Source: Promethearchaeota archaeon | GTDB taxonomy: Archaea > Asgardarchaeota > Lokiarchaeia > Sigyniarchaeales > SOKP01 | NCBI GenBank assembly: GCA_016840165.1 | Contig: JAEOSU010000072.1 | Span: forward strand, 256,001-320,000 | Length of the DNA: 64,000 bases | Direction: 5' to 3' | Shown here: one piece after another, positions 47,708 to 58,344 of the stretch | How positions within the stretch are numbered: the stretch's first letter is position 1 | Layout: each line of letters begins with the position of its first letter | Notes under the pieces: model-generated | Databases searched by the model: none | Told to the model about the DNA's origin: nothing | The model's input: the letters and a program-made list of their open reading frames with translations, nothing else | Position numbers and translations under genes: made by a program

Positions 47708-48721
47708 ATGGCTCAAGTAATTTTTATCTCAAGTAATAGTGTGCGGGATGCATGGCTTTCTGCTTTAGTTCAAGTTTTGTATAATGGGGATGATATTAAA
47801 ACTGAATATGATAAAGATAGTGATCCTCCTTCTAAAGATGCTTCAGTTCTTATAGAAATTAAGAACCCTTTACATGATCCGATAATGCGAAGGGATAAAA
47901 TTATGAAAATTAAATCAAAATATGGAAATTTATATGAAGTATATGGGTGCATAGCTGATACTTATTTAATCGGTTCAATTCAAAGTGGTTATATCGAAGA
48001 AATCTTAGAAGGAGTCAATGATCATTATATATGGGATTCTGGTGTGAGCTTCCCATACTCATACCACGACCGAATATTCAATTATGCTCCATTCTCGTTG
48101 GAAGACACCATTCATGTAAATTATGATTTAGAAATTGTTGATAAAGATTTTGTCAAGAATCACCAGAAATTAATCCATTCCCAAAAAATTATTAATACAG
48201 ATGAAGGATTAACATGGAAGCTAAAAAACCTTGTTGATTATAATCTTGATAAAGAAATCTCACAGCAATTACAAATTGATAAAATCCCGATTGGTGTAGT
48301 AAATTTTCCAAAAATCAACCAAATAGAATATATTATACAAAAACTAAAAGAAAAACCTTATTCTCGCAGAGCACAAGCGATTACTTGGAGACCACTTGTA
48401 GATCCATTTCATTCCGATCCACCTTGTCTTCAACGAATTTACATGCGAGTTAAAGATGAGCAACTTATTATGCAAACAACGTGGCGGAGCCGAGATTTAT
48501 TTCGAGCATGGGAAGCCAATGTAAATGGAATGATCAGAATACAAAAGTATGTAGCCGATCAACTAAATGTAGAAGTAGGACATTATTTAGATTTCAGCAA
48601 CTCTTTACATATATATGGAAATACAATTGATGAGCTCAAGGATATGTTAAAACGTATGAAGAATAAGGGGGAATATTTTCCAGAAGAGATTAAAGATTTG
48701 ATTGAAACGGAAATCAAATAA
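47708..48721 (+). CDS. thyA: Thymidylate synthase (archaeal ThyA type)
   Basis: YSYHDRI, NQIEYII.KL...SRRA, PPCL, RSRD...AN and SLHIY. Confidence 0.85.
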   Translation: MAQVIFISSNSVRDAWLSALVQVLYNGDDIKTEYDKDSDPPSKDASVLIEIKNPLHDPIMRRDKIMKIKSKYGNLYEVYGCIADTYLIGSIQSGYIEEILEGVNDHYIWDSGVSFPYSYHDRIFNYAPFSLEDTIHVNYDLEIVDKDFVKNHQKLIHSQKIINTDEGLTWKLKNLVDYNLDKEISQQLQIDKIPIGVVNFPKINQIEYIIQKLKEKPYSRRAQAITWRPLVDPFHSDPPCLQRIYMRVKDEQLIMQTTWRSRDLFRAWEANVNGMIRIQKYVADQLNVEVGHYLDFSNSLHIYGNTIDELKDMLKRMKNKGEYFPEEIKDLIETEIK

Positions 48722-48726
48722 TACTC

Positions 48727-49491
48727 CTATCCCGAAGAGAAAATACGAGGAAAGACATTTTTCGTATTCTCTAAGATTCTTTCCTCTACGTCTTCATTAT
48801 TAATTTTTTTTATTGAAGAGATGTGGTTTACAACATCTTTAATCATAGACGGAGTTCCAATTTCCCCAGAGAATTTGACAGGGCCATCACTTTCTAATAA
48901 TAAATGATCTATATCTACTAATGAGACCGTTTTTTTCACAGCGGGAGAATATATGATTGCGGGTGTTATTGAAAAATAATATCCTCTATCTATCCCAACT
49001 TTGAGATATTTTTCCGGACCAGAATACCAGTGAATGTTAACTTTAGGGATCTCATAAGAAGAAAGAGTATCAAAGATTAATTTTTCAGCGCCTTTACTAT
49101 GAAGATTAACCGGTAATTGTAATTTTTGGGCGAGTAAAAGCATAGAAATAAAAATTTCTGTTTGAAGTGGATATAATTCTTTATCTTTAATAAAATGATG
49201 ATCTAAACCAATCTCACCGATGGCGCATATTTTAGACTGATTTGAATTTATTAAATCAACAACAGATTCAAGTTCTGTTTCTAGATTTTCATTCATTCTG
49301 ACTTCTTCAGGATGAATCCCTAGAGCAGGATATATAGAAGCATATTGTTCTGAAATCTCTAATATTCTCTTCTGACTTAATGCACTCATCGCAACTGCTA
49401 TTATTTTTTTAACTCCAGCCTGGTTTGCTTCATGAATGACCTCATCAATATTCAAATATAAGTTCATATGGCAATGAACATCAATTAACAA
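48727..49491 (-). CDS. tatD: TatD-family hydrolase
   Basis: DVHCH, GIHP, IGEIGLD, HWYSG and LLESDGP. Confidence 0.92.
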   Translation of the reverse strand: MLIDVHCHMNLYLNIDEVIHEANQAGVKKIIAVAMSALSQKRILEISEQYASIYPALGIHPEEVRMNENLETELESVVDLINSNQSKICAIGEIGLDHHFIKDKELYPLQTEIFISMLLLAQKLQLPVNLHSKGAEKLIFDTLSSYEIPKVNIHWYSGPEKYLKVGIDRGYYFSITPAIIYSPAVKKTVSLVDIDHLLLESDGPVKFSGEIGTPSMIKDVVNHISSIKKINNEDVEERILENTKNVFPRIFSSG

Positions 49492-49539
49492 ATCGAAAAC
49501 CCTTTTTAAACAGTTTATAGAATATATTAAGATATTTAT

Positions 49540-49884
49540 TTAAAGCTGACTTATCTCCTCTCTTAATTTAACAATTTTCATTACAAGTTTAAATTTACCA
49601 TGGGGATACTCTTGGTTCTCTAAATAATCCTTTAACGTTTCTAATTCTTTCAATAAATAATTTTTGATATCTTCTTTAGTAACAAAACCCAAAATTTTAG
49701 GAAGAGGTTTAAATTTTTCTACCCTTTTTACTCGAAGGTCTGATATGGTTTTTGCAAGCTGCGCTTGAAAGCCCTTTGCTTCAGAAATATCGGTTCCGTC
49801 TAGCATATCTAAAGAAGTTTGTAAACCGTCGATAAATGCTTCTAAGTCTTTAATATCGACTTTTTTATCATTCATAATCATCAC
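49540..49884 (-). CDS. Hypothetical helical protein
   Basis: 114-aa ORF with a GGTGA RBS. Confidence 0.6.
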   Translation of the reverse strand: MMIMNDKKVDIKDLEAFIDGLQTSLDMLDGTDISEAKGFQAQLAKTISDLRVKRVEKFKPLPKILGFVTKEDIKNYLLKELETLKDYLENQEYPHGKFKLVMKIVKLREEISQL

Positions 49885-49974
49885 CAGTGAAATTTTAATA
49901 AATCAGCTTGAGTTATAATGAGTTTTTTGTATTCATATTTTTTAATTAATTATTGATAATATAGATTACTATTG

Positions 49975-50748
49975 TCAATCATGTAATAAATTAATTGAAT
50001 TAAACTCTTTAAAAATTGTTTCAGCTAACGATTTCAATACCAATGTTTTCAAATTCTCATTATGAATACGAATCCTATCAGAAAATTCAATTTGCATAGC
50101 TTGGCTATTTTTAATATTACTCGCACCATATTTTTTTGTTATATATCCTCCAGAAAGGACATATTCGCGTCTTCTCTGATGACCTGGAGCAATTGGTATT
50201 TCTAGTTCTAAAAACTTCTTAACAATCTCCCCTCGAATATTTTTACTCCAATCTTTTTTTTTAAGTGCCTTTGCATATAGAGATTTAAGGTTATTAGTAC
50301 CAATTATAATATCTACGTCACGAAATCCTTTGGGACGGCTTTTAGTTTCAAATCCGTGAATATCTAATATTAATGATCTATTAAAGGTTTCAATATTATA
50401 ATTAATATATTTTCTTAGAGTACCATGATAAAATTGATAAACATTTTTAGCTAATACCGAACTTTGGTCAAATGCTTTCTCTATAGGTCGGTTTAAATCT
50501 ATTTTATTTCGTGCAATATTGCAGTATATGATAGATGGTTTTTCTATTTGATAATTTCTATCGCGATAGGTATTTTGAATGTGTTCTATTAACTTTTGAG
50601 CCAGTGATATTGTATTTTTATCAATCCCAAGTATACCACTGGAACGTGTAGGGATCTCCTTACAAAATACCTCCCCACCATGAGGTACCGATAAAATGAG
50701 AGGTATAGATCCTTTTTTATGGATTATATATTTACTTAAATCCTCCAT
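49975..50748 (-). CDS. N-formylglutamate amidohydrolase family
   Basis: LSVPHGG, IDLNR, LDIHG, GGYIT and MQIE. Confidence 0.8.
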   Translation of the reverse strand: MEDLSKYIIHKKGSIPLILSVPHGGEVFCKEIPTRSSGILGIDKNTISLAQKLIEHIQNTYRDRNYQIEKPSIIYCNIARNKIDLNRPIEKAFDQSSVLAKNVYQFYHGTLRKYINYNIETFNRSLILDIHGFETKSRPKGFRDVDIIIGTNNLKSLYAKALKKKDWSKNIRGEIVKKFLELEIPIAPGHQRRREYVLSGGYITKKYGASNIKNSQAMQIEFSDRIRIHNENLKTLVLKSLAETIFKEFNSINLLHD

Positions 50749-50814
50749 CTTTAGATCATAATTAGTTCTTAGTTCATTGAATTACATATTTTAAAAAAAA
50801 TTAAAAAAAAGATA

Positions 50815-51267
50815 TTAGGAACCAAAATATACAGCACGAAGGATAATAAAAACACCTAACCATAATCCAAAACCTATAATTCCGAAGATATAATAGGCCC
50901 AAATGTGCTTTCCTTTCGTAAAGATTAAATGACAAAAAAGCCAAGAACTTAATGCCCCAATTACCCCAATTATAATGTCAGTTGTAATGTTTTGCCAACT
51001 ATCCAGTCTTCCTTCAAATTTCCACCCAATTTGAATAAATAATAGATTTTCCAATAATTCCCAAGCAATTAATATGATAAAGGTTAGGATAAAAACAAAA
51101 AGTAGGGAAAAAATTGGTGTGTGGCCCTTGTTTTTCGGAATTGTATAAAATAGGCTAAAAAAGAGAAAGACCCCGATTCCAAAACAGAGGTGACCGATTG
51201 AATAAAAATCTAGCCAGCTAACACCTACTTCCTCAATTGTTTCAGCAATAAACTCATTTAATAACAT
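50815..51267 (-). CDS. Membrane protein (DxxSxxH...WE..EN...D motif)
   Basis: DFYSIGH, AWELLEN, DSWQNITTD and about 4 TM helices. Confidence 0.65.
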   Translation of the reverse strand: MLLNEFIAETIEEVGVSWLDFYSIGHLCFGIGVFLFFSLFYTIPKNKGHTPIFSLLFVFILTFIILIAWELLENLLFIQIGWKFEGRLDSWQNITTDIIIGVIGALSSWLFCHLIFTKGKHIWAYYIFGIIGFGLWLGVFIILRAVYFGS

Positions 51268-51382
51268 AATTTTTCACGTTTTCCTTAAAATATCTTTTTA
51301 GATAACTTATAAATTTAATTTTGAGAGTATATTAAATATAAAATATTAGTCTTTTAAATTTAACATTATTTAGTGTCTATCG

Positions 51383-52666
51383 TTGACCGAAGAAATTGCT
51401 TTTGTTGCTTTTTATCAGAAGGAAAATATCTATAGTTTTAATGCATTAATAGGAGCAATTGAAATCGATGAGGATCTAAAAGATATTGTTATATATTATG
51501 TACGTGGTAAGCAAGATTTATTTAAAGAGTTAAGAGAGATTAAGAAAAAGCATCAATTAGTGGTTTTGGGTATTTCATTTTTTACTACCCAATTGTGGGA
51601 GATAAATACTCTGGTTAAAGCCCTGAGGAAAGAGTTCTCACAAAAAATTATAATTATAGCAGGAGGACCTCATCCCACAGGGGATCCATTAGGCACCCTC
51701 TTAATGGGTTTTGATTTGGTTGTGGTAGGTGAGGGGGAGGAGACTATATGCGATTTACTTAAAACTATGAAAAATGATAAAGATTTTGACCAAGTTAAAG
51801 GAATTGGTTATTTAAGTTCAGAGGGAGAATATAACTATACAGGTAAGAGAGCAATAATCGATTTGGATATGTTTCCCCCATTTCCCCTTATAAATACTCA
51901 GTTTGGTGCTATTGAAATCACACGAGGATGTCCATATATTTGCTATTACTGTCAAACACCATACATTATGGGTACTCAGCCAAGACATCGAAGTGTTGCA
52001 GCTATATGTAAATATGTTAAAATAATGAAACGAGAAAATTTAACTGATATCCGTTTTATTTCTCCAAATGCATTTTCTTATGGATCGAAGGATGGAAAGA
52101 CTATTGATATCAAAAAAGTCGAAGAATTATTACTTAATGTAAGAAAAATCATAAATAAATCGGGGAGGTTATTTTTTGGATCATTTCCATCAGAAGTGAG
52201 ACCGGAGCATGTCACAAAAGATACTATAGAATTAATATTAAAATTTGCCGACAATGATAATATCATTATAGGAGCTCAATCTGGGAGCCAGAGAATGCTA
52301 GATCTATGTCATCGAGAGCATTCTATAGAGGATGTGATTAATGCTGTGGAAATATCAGTCGATGCAGGTCTTAAGATAAACGTTGATTTTATTTTTGGAT
52401 TACCTAATGAAAATGAAGATGATATAAAGAAAACGATTGAAATGATGGAAATTATAACCAAAAAAGGAGCTAAAATCCATACTCACGCTTTTATACCCTT
52501 ACCTCAAACTCCATTTGCCCGGAAAAAAGCAACACCTATAAATGAAAAATTTAAAAAAGTAATTAGTGATCTAAATTCAAGAGGTTTAGCATTTGGTGAG
52601 TGGAAAAAACAAGAAAAATTAGCTATCAAGATTTCTCAATATCTCAGACAAATAAGACGGTTATGA
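51383..52666 (+). CDS. B12-binding radical SAM protein (TIGR04013-like)
   Basis: AGGPHPTG, GEGE, RGCPYICYYCQT and GSFPSEVRPE. Confidence 0.88.
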   Translation: MTEEIAFVAFYQKENIYSFNALIGAIEIDEDLKDIVIYYVRGKQDLFKELREIKKKHQLVVLGISFFTTQLWEINTLVKALRKEFSQKIIIIAGGPHPTGDPLGTLLMGFDLVVVGEGEETICDLLKTMKNDKDFDQVKGIGYLSSEGEYNYTGKRAIIDLDMFPPFPLINTQFGAIEITRGCPYICYYCQTPYIMGTQPRHRSVAAICKYVKIMKRENLTDIRFISPNAFSYGSKDGKTIDIKKVEELLLNVRKIINKSGRLFFGSFPSEVRPEHVTKDTIELILKFADNDNIIIGAQSGSQRMLDLCHREHSIEDVINAVEISVDAGLKINVDFIFGLPNENEDDIKKTIEMMEIITKKGAKIHTHAFIPLPQTPFARKKATPINEKFKKVISDLNSRGLAFGEWKKQEKLAIKISQYLRQIRRL

Positions 52667-52674
52667 GATTTCGT

Positions 52675-53529
52675 TTATGAGATAAAGACTTTCCCTTCTT
52701 CAATCTTTAAAAACCCTTCTTTTTCTAACTGAGTTAAGATTTTATGAATTGACTGCGAATTTATTTTTAATTTTTCTGAGAGATTTGAAATAAGGCTTTC
52801 GGAATTTTTAAGGAGATATCTAAGAATCTTACCCCGCAGCTCTCGAGTAGAACCTTTAAATTTTGATTGTTTTCGATAATGGACACTTCTTTTATTTAAT
52901 TCAGGGTGAGTCTTTTTTAACATTACTCCATAATCCATGAGTGCATAATACCATTCACGTGGTTTTTCAAAATCCAAAGTTTTCTTAATAATAGGTAATA
53001 TGTACTCATCAGAAACAGAATTGGAACCAGGGAAGAAGAAATAGATATAGACACGCCGTATATTGGTTTCGATAAAATAAGTTGGGAGATTATATGCAAA
53101 GGTTTTTATAGAACAGGCGGTATTATAGCCAATTTGGGGAAAAGATTTTAAAATCTCTATATCCGCGGGGAGTTTGCCTTCATATTCTTCAACTACCTTT
53201 TTTGCGATATTTTTTAACGCAATCGCTCGTTTATTGTATCCTAAACCTTGCCACTTATTTAAAACTTTCTCTAAAGGTGCATTCATAAGTGTTTTAAAAT
53301 CAGGAAATGCCGAAATAAATTCGGTAAATTTTTCTGAAACTCGGTTTGTTTGAGTTTGTTGAAGCATAATTTCTGATACTAATACATTATAGGGGCTAAT
53401 ATTTCTTCTAAATGGAAAATCTCGTTTATTATTTTTATAATAAGAGTAAATTAGTTCTTGAAATGTCCCAATAACTTCCTTATTTAGGTTTTTAGCCCGA
53501 TATAGCTTATGAAAATCAGTAATGAACAT
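52675..53529 (-). CDS. mutY: A/G-specific adenine glycosylase, MutY-like (no Fe-S motif)
   Basis: VSEIMLQQTQ, WQGLGYNKRA, HhH PQIGYNTA, ETNIRR and ALMDYG. Confidence 0.85.
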   Translation of the reverse strand: MFITDFHKLYRAKNLNKEVIGTFQELIYSYYKNNKRDFPFRRNISPYNVLVSEIMLQQTQTNRVSEKFTEFISAFPDFKTLMNAPLEKVLNKWQGLGYNKRAIALKNIAKKVVEEYEGKLPADIEILKSFPQIGYNTACSIKTFAYNLPTYFIETNIRRVYIYFFFPGSNSVSDEYILPIIKKTLDFEKPREWYYALMDYGVMLKKTHPELNKRSVHYRKQSKFKGSTRELRGKILRYLLKNSESLISNLSEKLKINSQSIHKILTQLEKEGFLKIEEGKVFIS

Positions 53530-53627
53530 TTTGAAACCACCAGATATATTACTTCTAAAGATAATTAAGAAATGATAAAGAATTTAATTGATATAAAAAA
53601 TAAACGGAGATATTCAAAAAAAGAGAA

Positions 53628-55544
53628 TTATTTTGCGATGTTAAAAGCGAATTCTGTAACTCCACCCTCAATTTTCTTTAAGTTCAATTTATAACCTGAA
53701 GTGTCAATAATATGTAACATTGGACGATTTTCAAGAAGAATTGAGCCTCCAAACGTCTTATAATTTAGTTCTCTTCCTATTTTAACTAAATAATTGAGTA
53801 AAAACCGAGTAATACCTAACCCACGCCAATCCTTATGGACTACAAAGGCTAACTCTGCAAGAGAAGGCTTTATTGTTTTAAAAAATGCTCCGATGGCTAC
53901 TATCTTATCTTCTCCTCCTTCACTATAAATCACTACTAATATCATATCAGTAGAATAATCGATATTTACCATTGGTTGGATCTTTTTATGACGAAAATCT
54001 TGTACCGGTGAGAAGAATCTAAGGTACCTATCCTTTTCATCTAAGGAATAGTGGAGTTCTTGCATCATTCTTTCATCAGTAGGTTTAACAGGTCGAATTT
54101 TGACCTTTTTTCCATTTTTCAAGGTAAGAGATGTTTCATATTTTTCTGGATAAATGCTTATACGCCCATCTATCGAAATAGGTAACTTTTGATCTGAATA
54201 TATGTAATTCCATTTCTTTGCATGCTCTAAAAGCTCTTCTCGAAAGTCTGGATGAGCAATATTTATCATTTCTAGTACTCTTTCTCTTATACTTTTTCCA
54301 TAGAGATATGCTAAGCCCCATTCCGTTGCAACATAATGTATATCCCCTCTAGTAATCACTACACCTGATCCAGGTTGGAGATATGGTACGATTCTTGAAA
54401 CAATAGTTCCATCTTTCAATGTTGCTGTTGATGGTAAAACCATTATGGGTTTTCCCTCTTTTGCTCTTCCCGCTCCTCTTACGAAGTCTACTTGTCCACC
54501 TATTCCACTGTAGAATTGGTGACCTAATGAGTCCGAATTAACTTGTCCTGTTAAATCTACAGAAAGAGCAGCATTGATTGCTACTTGCTTTTTATTCTGG
54601 CTGATGATATATGGATCATTTGTATAATCACAGGGATGAAATTCAACCATAGGATTATCATCTACGAAATTGTATAATTTTCTTGATCCCATAACAAACG
54701 AGCAAATGATTTTATCTTTATGAATAGTCTTCTTTTTGCATGTCACTACACCTTCTTCGACTAAGTCCACTATCCCATCTGAAAAAACCTCACTATGAAC
54801 TCCCAGATCTTTCTTTTTCATTAATTCTTGAGTAACTGCATTTGGTATTTCCCCAATTCCCATTTGAATAGTAGATTCATCCTCAATTAATGAGGAGACA
54901 AATCTAGCAATCTTTCTTGAGTTCTCATTTGGCTCGCCATAGGAAAAGTCTATAACATTATGCGTTGTGGAAACATAAGCATCTATGTCGTCCATGTGTA
55001 TAAAAGAATCACCTAAAGTCCGAGGCATATTTGGATTAATTTCAGCGATTACATAATCAGCTGCTTCAGCAATTGGCTTAACAATGTCTACATTAATCCC
55101 ATAACTACAAAAGCCATACCTGTCAGGAGGGCTTACTTGGATGAGAGCAGTGTCTAAATGCATTTTTCCTAATTTAAATAACCACGGGATTTCTGATAAC
55201 AACATCGGGGTGTAATCTGCTTGTCCGTCCCTTATATATTTTCGGAGTGATTTGCCAATAAAGAATGCATTATGTCTAAATAGATCCTCTATCCCTCCTG
55301 CTGTTTCATAATAGTCTAGATCACTTAGACTGAGAAAATGCAATATCTCAATATCAGGTAGCTCGGGTCCGAGTTCAATTAACTTTCTTGTTAAATCAAT
55401 TGGTTCTGCACAACCAGAATCAATAAAAATTCTGTCTCCGGGCTTGATATATTTTTTTATTGCGTTTGTTAAAGACACTTCCTTCTTTTTATAGTTTTGT
55501 AAGGGTTTTAAGATGTCATCATTTTTATAGGAGCACATAATCAT
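53628..55544 (-). CDS. Acetyl-CoA hydrolase/transferase fused to a GNAT domain
   Basis: QMGIGEIP, LGVHSE, SGIGGQVDFVRGA and C-terminal AELAFVVHKDWRGLGI. Confidence 0.9.
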   Translation of the reverse strand: MIMCSYKNDDILKPLQNYKKKEVSLTNAIKKYIKPGDRIFIDSGCAEPIDLTRKLIELGPELPDIEILHFLSLSDLDYYETAGGIEDLFRHNAFFIGKSLRKYIRDGQADYTPMLLSEIPWLFKLGKMHLDTALIQVSPPDRYGFCSYGINVDIVKPIAEAADYVIAEINPNMPRTLGDSFIHMDDIDAYVSTTHNVIDFSYGEPNENSRKIARFVSSLIEDESTIQMGIGEIPNAVTQELMKKKDLGVHSEVFSDGIVDLVEEGVVTCKKKTIHKDKIICSFVMGSRKLYNFVDDNPMVEFHPCDYTNDPYIISQNKKQVAINAALSVDLTGQVNSDSLGHQFYSGIGGQVDFVRGAGRAKEGKPIMVLPSTATLKDGTIVSRIVPYLQPGSGVVITRGDIHYVATEWGLAYLYGKSIRERVLEMINIAHPDFREELLEHAKKWNYIYSDQKLPISIDGRISIYPEKYETSLTLKNGKKVKIRPVKPTDERMMQELHYSLDEKDRYLRFFSPVQDFRHKKIQPMVNIDYSTDMILVVIYSEGGEDKIVAIGAFFKTIKPSLAELAFVVHKDWRGLGITRFLLNYLVKIGRELNYKTFGGSILLENRPMLHIIDTSGYKLNLKKIEGGVTEFAFNIAK

Positions 55545-55639
55545 TTCTCATAAATAATTATCAATCAACTAGGGATAGGTTTTTACCAATTTTAAATGAA
55601 ACGATTACAAATTCTAGGATATTAGAGATTATTACCTTC

Positions 55640-56284
55640 CTAAGAAGAGATGGTAGCGAATTCGTGTTTTTCTAGCGCTTTTAGAATTAATTTTACTGTT
55701 TTATTGATATATTTGCCTTTTTGAATCTTACATGTTTGAGCCACTTTTCTAAAGTTAAAGGATTCTGCCAATCCATCTAAATATGAAAGATTATATAAAA
55801 TAGAGATATTTTTATTATTTCGCATGGATAATTTATCTAATTCTCTTTTAATTTCGTTGTTGGATATTCCATTGTTTTTGCTTTTTACTCTTTTGACTAC
55901 TTCGTCAATACTGTCTTTAAATTGGATATCTCGCATCTTAGATATTAATGAGCTCAATACAATTGTATACAATATTAACACATCAAACTTCGTTCCTTGC
56001 ATTGTAGCAAGTTTTATTTGGATATCTTGTAAAATTTCTTGAATATAATTTTCATCCATACCTTTTATTTTCTTAAAAGGTGCGAAAAATTTGGAATATT
56101 TCTCCTCTAAAAATAGATGAAGGTTCTTATAAAATAAAGTTTTAAAACGTTTTATCACTAAACCGGAATTTTTGATACGTACTGAAATCTCAGGAGTTCT
56201 ACCTAATATTGTATCAGCCCCTGCTTTATAGAATTGCTGTTCTATAAGATTATCGGTCGCAATAACTAATCGCTTCATAACCAT
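55640..56284 (-). CDS. Hypothetical protein
   Basis: 214-aa basic ORF with no recognised motif. Confidence 0.55.
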   Translation of the reverse strand: MVMKRLVIATDNLIEQQFYKAGADTILGRTPEISVRIKNSGLVIKRFKTLFYKNLHLFLEEKYSKFFAPFKKIKGMDENYIQEILQDIQIKLATMQGTKFDVLILYTIVLSSLISKMRDIQFKDSIDEVVKRVKSKNNGISNNEIKRELDKLSMRNNKNISILYNLSYLDGLAESFNFRKVAQTCKIQKGKYINKTVKLILKALEKHEFATISS

Positions 56285-56559
56285 TGATATTAGAAAACCC
56301 CTAAAAGATCCTATTTATCATTCTAAATTGACTCTAACCAATAATAAAATTACTTGGATTTAATATTTTGCAAATAGAAAAATCATGAATAAGTTATTTA
56401 GGTGAGAGAGATTTTACTTGATTTATAGGAAATTAATTATCAAATGAAACAAATAGTTCTACAAAATAAAATTTATTACTAAGATTATCATGTATATCAT
56501 AACCAATATATTAAAAAAGTTATAGACTTTAAATAAATTTTTAATAAATATAAACGAGG

Positions 56560-58287
56560 TTGTCATTAGTGGGATTAAAATTAGCAACAACGTTTGCTAT
56601 TATGTTTCTTTTTGCTCTAGTGTATGCCGTGGTTTTTGCGATCGGTATTTGGTTCCTTCCCGCGGATCTATTTGGATTATTAATAATGGTGGGATTCACT
56701 CTTTTAATTGTTCTTTTCCAATATGGTATTTCCCCTTATATAATTCAGTGGATATATCGAATCGATTGGATTCCTTATGAAAATTTTGAACGACAATATC
56801 CCCATCTTTCTGAAGCTGTCGATAAGGTAGTGGCATTACAAGGAATCAAACATCCAAGAATGGGTATTATTCATGATGGGAATCCTAATGCTTTTACTTT
56901 CGGACACACTAAAAATAACGCAAGAATCGTAATAACTGATGGAATTTTACAATTTTTAGATGAGGAAGAACAGACGGCAGTTGTAGCTCATGAATTAGGG
57001 CATGTGGTGCATAATGATTTTATAATTATGACGGTAGTTTTTGCTATACCATTAATTTTATTAACCATTGCTCGATGGTCGTATTATGCAGCACGGTTTT
57101 CTGGGAGGAGATCTGGTGATCGTGACGAAGGAGGAAATATTGCGTTATTATTGCTTGCAATTGCGGTTCTGTCATTCATCTCTTATTATATTGGGTATTT
57201 AATATCATTAGTTGTCAGTAGAATTAGAGAATATTATGCGGACGAACATTCAGCAGAATTGACGGAAGATCCTAATACTTTATCTACTGCCTTGGTAAAA
57301 ATAGCATACGGATTACTTGTTGGAGGCTCCGAAGTAGAAATTAAAGAAAGAAATAAATCTAAAGTAAGAGCCCTTCGGGGGTTAGGTATATTTGATCCTA
57401 AAAAGGCAAGTCACTTTGCTGTGGAAGGAGTAGGAAAAGCAGGTACAATTTCAAATGACGCAATTCAGAAAGCAGCTGGCTGGGATCTATTTAATCCTTG
57501 GGCTAAGTACTTTCAAATATTCAGTACTCACCCTTTACCTGCTAAACGTATACAAAGATTAAATGAGCAATGTGAAACTTACGGAAAATCTGCAGAGATT
57601 GATTTTTCCGGGGCGAGAGAATTGAAAAAACTTCAAGTGGGAAAATCTATGGCCGGAGAATTCTTAACGGATGTAATCGTGAAGATATTACCTTCTATAA
57701 TATTTGTCTTATTACTCATTTTCACAGGTCTTTGGGTTTTTGGATTTTTCTTTTCGACCCCGTTCAGTACATTAACCACTCTTCAAAATTTATTGCTTCT
57801 TTGGGCGGTTGGCTTTGTCATCATAGGTTTAGGATACATCATACGAACCTCCTACATGTATCGAGGCGGTTTTGAGCCAAAATCAGTATTAGATTTAGTA
57901 ACAGTGATAAACGTATCACCCGTTCGTCCTGTGCCCGCGATAATTGAGGGAAAAATAATTGGAAAAGGCATACCCGGATATTATTTTAGCGATGATCTCT
58001 TTTTCCAAGACGAAACAGGCTTGTTATATATTGATTATCGATTCGGATTGAGTATTATGGACTTTTTTTGGGCAATCGCAAGAGTTAATCGGTTAATAGG
58101 GCAAAAAGTAAGAATTCGAGGGTGGTACCGAAGAGGTCCAAGCCCCTACTTACAAATAGACAGGTTAGAAACAGAAAGCGGAAAAACGTATCGCAATTAT
58201 TCTAAACACCTAACTTATATAGGAGCCGTGATATTCTTTTTAATCGGAGCTGCGCTTTTCTATTTCTGGTTCACATTACCATTTTAA
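56560..58287 (+). CDS. htpX: HtpX-like M48 zinc metalloprotease with C-terminal extension
   Basis: PNAFTFG, HELGH, SRIREYYAD and STHP...RI; extra TM helices and a beta-rich domain after about aa 350. Confidence 0.88.
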   Translation: MSLVGLKLATTFAIMFLFALVYAVVFAIGIWFLPADLFGLLIMVGFTLLIVLFQYGISPYIIQWIYRIDWIPYENFERQYPHLSEAVDKVVALQGIKHPRMGIIHDGNPNAFTFGHTKNNARIVITDGILQFLDEEEQTAVVAHELGHVVHNDFIIMTVVFAIPLILLTIARWSYYAARFSGRRSGDRDEGGNIALLLLAIAVLSFISYYIGYLISLVVSRIREYYADEHSAELTEDPNTLSTALVKIAYGLLVGGSEVEIKERNKSKVRALRGLGIFDPKKASHFAVEGVGKAGTISNDAIQKAAGWDLFNPWAKYFQIFSTHPLPAKRIQRLNEQCETYGKSAEIDFSGARELKKLQVGKSMAGEFLTDVIVKILPSIIFVLLLIFTGLWVFGFFFSTPFSTLTTLQNLLLLWAVGFVIIGLGYIIRTSYMYRGGFEPKSVLDLVTVINVSPVRPVPAIIEGKIIGKGIPGYYFSDDLFFQDETGLLYIDYRFGLSIMDFFWAIARVNRLIGQKVRIRGWYRRGPSPYLQIDRLETESGKTYRNYSKHLTYIGAVIFFLIGAALFYFWFTLPF

Positions 58288-58344
58288 TTAATATTTTTTT
58301 ATTTCATTTATTTAATTAATACTAACATATAATTTATTAAAATC

